A DNA stretch of 64,000 nucleotides. Origin: the human T2T-CHM13v2.0 reference genome, Homo sapiens. Numbering within the stretch: position 1 is the stretch's first letter; every line of letters begins with the position of its first letter. Below the pieces are notes generated by a model. That model was given only the letters and a program-made list of their open reading frames with translations. It searched no databases and was not told the origin of the DNA. Shown in pieces: positions 59,532-64,000 of the stretch. The stretch lies in the NCBI RefSeq assembly GCF_009914755.1, contig NC_060941.1. The stretch is one strand, 5' to 3'. The position numbers were made by a program, and so were the translations under genes.

Positions 59532-59818
59532 GGCCAGGCGCGGTGGCTCACACCTGTAATCCCAGCACTTTGGGAGGCTGAGGTGGGCAGATCACGAGGC
59601 CAGGAGATCGAGACCATCCTGGCTAACACGGTGAAATCCCGTCTCTACTAAAAATACAAAAAATTAGCCGGACACGGTGGCGGGCGCCTGTAGCCCAGCT
59701 ACTCGAAGGCTGAGACAGGAGAATGGCGTGGACCCAGGGGCAGAGCTTGCAGTGAGCCTAGATCGCACCACTGCACTCCAGCCTGAGCGACAGACCGAGA
59801 CTCCGTCTCAAAAAAAAA
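59532..59818 (+). mobile_element. AluY-like element with 14-bp TSD aagataaccaaata
   Basis: AluY diagnostics; TSD at 59518-59531 and 59817-59830. Confidence 0.88.
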
Positions 59819-60034
59819 GATAACCAAATAAGGAAACCACATTCTTTCCTCCCTGTAATGGCAAACCAACAAGACTACTCACCTACATACCCATGCCAAC
59901 CTTCCAAGCTTGAGCTACTCATCACCTGAGGTGCTGGCATGTCATCACCTGAGGTGAGGTGAAAGATTTAACCCTGACAATGTAGTCCATGATGACTCCA
60001 AACTTACTCACTCAGAGTGATGTATAAAAATAAG

Positions 60035-60280
60035 CTAGTTACCCACAGAATGCACAACACCGAGAGTGAACCCTAATGTAAACTACGAACTTTGGGTGAT
60101 GATGTGTCAATACAGGTTCACTGACTGTAACAAATGTCCCACTCTGGTGTGGGATATTGATAGCGGAGAAGTTTTTATGTTGTGGGAGACAAGAGGTACA
60201 TGGGAATTTTATGTATATTCTGTTCAATCTTGATGTGAACACAAAACTGCTTTAAAATGTAAAGTCTATTTTTTAAAAGG
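60035..60280 (+). mobile_element. L1MC/L1MB-type 3'UTR terminal fragment
   Basis: cccacagaatgcacaacaccgagagtgaaccctaatgtaaactacgaactttgggtgatgatgtgtcaat. Confidence 0.8.
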
Positions 60281-60362
60281 ACAGGTTTTATTCTGCCATT
60301 TATTCAACAAATACATGAAGGCCTACATTGTGCCAAAGACTGTAAAAAATTTAAAATGCTTA

Positions 60363-60689
<327 letters not shown>

Positions 60690-61630
60690 CTACAGGAAGG
60701 TGGTTGCTGGACATTCTCAAACACTGCTAAGAGTGTAAGCTGATACACCTTCTTCAAAAAGTAACCTAGGTCGGGTGCAGTGGCTCATGCCTGTAATCCC
60801 AGCGCATTTTGAGAGGCCAAGGTGAGAGGACTGCTTGAGCCCAGGAGTTTGAGGCCAGCCTGGGCAATATAGTGAGGCTTCATCTCTGCAAAATATTTGA
60901 AAATCAGATGGGCGTGGTAGCACGTGCCTGTAGTCCCATCTACCTGGGAGGCTGAGATGGGAGGACTGCTTGAGCCTAAGAAGAAGCTTGAGGCTGCAGT
61001 GAATGCAATGAACTATGACCACACCACTGCACTCCAGCCTAGGTGACACAGAACAAGACCCTTTATCAAAAAAAAAAAAAAAAAGAAAAGAAAAAGAAAA
61101 AAGAAAAAATAATCTAGCATCATGTATCAAAAGTATTAAGATGCCAAAACCCCTTCACCCAACAACCAAACTTCTAAAAATATAGTATTTATTTATTTAT
61201 TTGAGACAGGGTCTGGCTGTGTTTCCTAGGCTGGAATGCAATGGCATGATCTCGTCTCACTGCAACCTCCAACCCCTGGGCTTAAGCCATTCTCCCGTAT
61301 AATTTTCCCAAGTAGCTGGGACTACAGACATGTACCACCACATCCAGCTAATTTTTGTATTTTTTTGTAGAGATGGGGTTTTGCCATGTTACCCAGGCTG
61401 GTCTCAAACTCCTGGGCTCAAGTGATCTGCCTGCATGATTACAGGCATGAGCCACCACGCTTGGCCTATTCTAATAAAACAACATGAAACGCAGACAAAA
61501 ATTTTATGTACAGAGATGTTAATTACAGCTTTATTTATAATACTAGAAACCTGAGAAGAAAATGTTCAAAAAGAGGGTAATGATTAAATGAAAGTTAACA
61601 TATTCATGTGAAGCCAAGCTCAGCGGCTCA

Positions 61631-61925
<295 letters not shown>

Positions 61926-61930
61926 TTATA

Positions 61931-61970
61931 CTAGGTTGGTACAAAAGTAATTGCACTTTTTGCCATTACT
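61931..61970. mobile_element. Half MADE1 (Hsmar1-derived MITE)
   Basis: taggttggtacaaaagtaattgcactttttgccattact matches one arm of MADE1; the second arm is absent. Confidence 0.8.
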
Positions 61971-62418
61971 ATTATTTGTATGTAAATTACAAATGTTTAC
62001 AAAGAATTTTATAGCTTTGTATACTTGTAAGTAAAAATAGTAGAATCAAACATTGTATAGTCAGTATCTTTTCAACTGTGTAAAAACTCCTTGAATATTT
62101 ATACATCGTATAGGAAAGAATGTCACTGCCAGAAGTTGGTTTCTACTTTACCTTTTTTAGTACTTTCAATGAAACCCAAAATGTTAAATCCTTTAAAAAA
62201 AATCATTTAGTTTTCATAAATAGGACAGAATTGCTCCAGTTAGGTGAATGTAAAAATATGATATATGAGTAGGGAAATAAAAAAGTATTTCTAGTTAGGA
62301 AGAAAGGACAGAGAGTAAAAGATGAAAGATTCAAGAGACCAGAAAGGACTGAACTTACGCTGTTCTATAGAAATTTACTTTCCAGAGCCCCAATGATATT
62401 TACTCCAGGGTTAAGAGC

Positions 62419-62812
62419 TGATATGGTTTGGATTGTGTCTCCACTCAAATCTCATGATGAATTGTAATTTCCAGTGCTGGAGGTGGGGCCTGGTAGGAGG
62501 TGACTGCATCCTGGGGTGGTTTCTGATGGTTTAGCACCATCCTCCTGGTGCTATCTCCTGATGGAGCTCTCGGGACATCTGGTTGTTTTAAAGTCTGTAG
62601 CCCCTCCCCCTTCACTCTCTTCCTCCTGCTCCAGCCATGGAAGACGTGCCTCCTTCCTCTTTGCCTTCCACCATGATTGTGATTCTCCTGAGACCTCCCT
62701 AGCCATGTTTCCTGTACAGCCTGTGGAACTATGAGCCAATTAAACTTCTTTTCTTTATAAATTACCCAGCCTCAGGTATGTCTTTATGGCAGTATGAGAA
62801 AGGATTAATACA
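62419..62812 (+). mobile_element. MSTA-like ERVL-MaLR solo LTR
   Basis: tgatatggtttggattgtgtctccactcaaatctcat...ccaattaaacttcttttctttataaattacccagcctcaggtat...taataca. Confidence 0.88.
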
Positions 62813-63324
62813 ACAGTAGATACCAAAGCACATTTAATGGATTTTACTTTAATGCCAGATGTAAAATATGCATTTGGAAATTATGCTTTCAAGAAAGTCA
62901 CCTTAACAAAAAACAAGGAAAGACAGTAAGATTATGAGCAGTAACCTAGTTAACAGATGCCCCTGCCCTTGCCATTCAATCTTCATTGTCCAGGCTGACC
63001 TGCTGACAGATTATTCTTTTTTTTGAGACGGAGTCTTGCAATGTTGCCCAGGCTGGAGTGCAATGGGGTGATCTCGGCTCACTGCAAGCTCCACCTCCCG
63101 GGTTAACGCCAGTCTCCTGCCTCAGCCTCCCAAGTAGCTGGGATTACTACCATGCCTGGCTAATTTTTGTATTTTTTAGTAAAGACAGGGTTTCGCCATG
63201 TTGGCCAGGCTGGTCTTGAATTCCTGAGCTCAAGTGATCCACCTGCACTGGCCTCCCAAAGAGCTGGGATTACAGACGTCGGCCACGGCACCTGGCCTCA
63301 AATTATTCTTTGACTTGAACTTGA

Positions 63325-63930
63325 TATAACGCATGTTTACTGAGAAGTTACAACAGGTCAGGGACTGTTTTAGATGTTCACAATGTATCAGTGGATAAAA
63401 CAGACCAGAGACCCCTATCAGCAGGGAGCTTACATTCTTGCAGAATAGTAGAGGAAAATAAATAATAAACATATACACATTAATTATCTAGTATTTAGAA
63501 AATAAATCAATAGAATTGGAAGATAAAGAGTGCAGGTTTGGAGTAGAATGCAGCAGTGTTAAATAGGATGGTTGGGGCAGGTCTCACAGAAGTAACATTA
63601 AGCAAAGACTTATAGGAGGCGAGGTATTCACCAGACAGATGGCTGGATGCAGAACATTCCAAACAGAGAAAACAGCTAATGCGAAGGGCCAAAGGTGGGA
63701 GAGTCCCCAGCTTAGCAGAGAACTTGCAAGAAGGGTAGTGTGGCTGAAGCAGAGTAACCAAGCCATGGGGAGAACAGTCGTTAATGAGCTCAGAGAGAGG
63801 CAATGCGGGGGCGGGGGGGGGGGGGGGGGCAGGAGAAGAGGTCCATATATGAAGGCCTTGTAAATAATGTGGCTTTTACACTGAGTGAAATGGGAAGTCA
63901 GTGAAGGATTTTGAACACAGCAGACTCTGT
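63325..63930 (-). mobile_element. L2 fragment containing a G5-C-G17 run
   Basis: ggagcttacattct...gaagtaacattaagcaaagactt...gaacattccaaacagagaaaacagc...ggcttttacactgagtgaaatgggaagtcagtgaaggattttgaac. Confidence 0.8.
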
Positions 63931-64000
63931 ATGTAATGTGTCTGTGTGTGCATGTTTGGGAAGGAACGAGAGAGGTAAGGGGTACAAAAAGAGACCACTT

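Noticed and set aside
59824-59833. Perfect CArG box CCAAATAAGG
   Set aside because: Single isolated match overlapping an Alu TSD; expected by chance in 64 kb and without supporting motifs.
59919-59956. Short direct duplications (tcatcacctgaggtg x2; others at ~26858-26893, ~39392-39410, ~46581-46625, ~51203-51229)
   Set aside because: Ordinary replication-slippage micro-duplications with no further structure.
61931-61970. Possible miR-548-family hairpin from MADE1
   Set aside because: Only one arm of the palindromic MITE is present, so no hairpin can form.

Overview
Primate (almost certainly human) genomic DNA from inside the SMG6/EST1A gene (17p13.3), transcribed on the minus strand. The window holds three consecutive coding exons (29662-29778, 27926-28094, 13928-14129; 117+169+202 nt). 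They have canonical AG/GT sites and join in frame to give ...[50 protein letters not shown]...SLDLPSH-VAVDVWSTLADF...VEKTSDK..., which is the helical region N-terminal to the PIN endonuclease domain. The flanking exons lie outside the window. The rest is intron: dozens of Alu/FLAM copies, old L1/L2/MIR fragments, two MST solo LTRs, an LTR16 fragment, DNA transposon relics and microsatellites. Three nearly Alu-free islands (~15.5-24.2 kb, ~27.5-35.1 kb, ~53-59 kb) contain transcription-factor motif clusters. Almost all ORFs in the supplied track are Alu-derived, low-complexity or chance frames. I do not see a demonstrably new biological system. The best leads are: a tailless 5S rRNA retrocopy with perfect TSDs; a plus-strand (antisense) splice/polyA architecture at ~55 kb; a candidate internal first exon that would splice in frame into SMG6; candidate poison/cryptic exons in this NMD-nuclease gene; and several enhancer-like motif clusters. 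Repeat subfamily names and boundaries were judged by eye and are approximate.
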